A DNA stretch of 45,353 nt, counting the filler, from Catajapyx aquilonaris (taxonomy: Eukaryota), in the NCBI GenBank assembly GCA_000934665.2. It is 2 parts of 2 records of this genome, joined end to end, with 100 filler letters (N's around TTAATTAATTAA, not from the genome) between each part and the next. Parts side by side here need not be neighbours in the genome. Positions count along the whole stretch, not along the records: positions 22,759 to 45,353 come from JYFJ02005842.1; 1 more part is not named here. One strand, 5' to 3'. This document shows positions 44,997-45,353 of this stretch, piece after piece (positions within the stretch are counted from its first letter, which is position 1; the number at the start of each line of letters is the position of its first letter). The position numbers and the translations under genes were made by a program. Under the pieces are notes generated by a model that saw only the letters and a program-made list of their open reading frames with translations, made no database searches and was not told the origin of the DNA.

Positions 44997-45353
44997 CTCT
45001 AAAACTATTTGGAACCACTATTTGCGCCACGAAACACTGTGACTCACCCCCCCCCCCCNTTTTTTTTTGCCACATTTACGGTTCAAGTGATATGAGATGG
45101 TTTTAAACAAAACAGGTAGCAACAGCTCTTTATATTACATGTTTGCTCTAGGCCCAAATCCGAAACCAGAACACCGTAAAACGCCAAACTGATTGCAAGT
45201 GACACGCGAATCCATCGAGGTAAAATTTCATAATAAAACCCCTGGGTAGGTTTTGTGCCACGTAATTTATTCTTCCACCTGAAATAATTCCCCGATTGAT
45301 TTATCCCCAATCCGGACTGATCTACCTGCCCCCTTTAATCCTTTTCAAGTCCA

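Noticed and set aside
45151..45220. Plus-strand coding exon (ctag acceptor, gtaaaa donor)
   Set aside because: Stop codons in all three frames; no other support.

Overview
Eukaryotic, transposon-saturated genomic DNA, most consistent with an arthropod (spliceosomal GT-AG introns, tRNA-derived SINEs, TTAGG-type repeats, TCATTC initiator-like motif). Two spliced genes can be fully reconstructed. The first is mitochondrial short-chain enoyl-CoA hydratase ECHS1 on + (7 coding exons, 1697-20404, 290 aa). The second is an uncharacterised secreted Gly-rich precursor on - (3 exons, 36256-31646, 345 aa) with furin-type cleavage sites and a C-terminal Cys motif resembling DM4/DM12-like arthropod proteins. 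ECHS1 introns are packed with nested non-autonomous elements (hAT, piggyBac, Kolobok, Tc1/mariner, Sola2-like, foldback, SINEs), most delimited by TIRs and target-site duplications. Notable structures are two ~0.6-kb-arm hairpins bracketing exon 2, one with a piggyBac-like MITE exactly at its symmetry axis, and a hAT MITE inflated about ten-fold by insertions nested four deep. An artificial N44-TTAATTAATTAA-N44 spacer at 22659-22758 means the two halves are not proven neighbours. TE superfamily calls rest on terminal motifs and TSD length read by eye, not on database searches. I found no convincing new multi-gene system; the best leads are TE architectures and the uncharacterised precursor protein.
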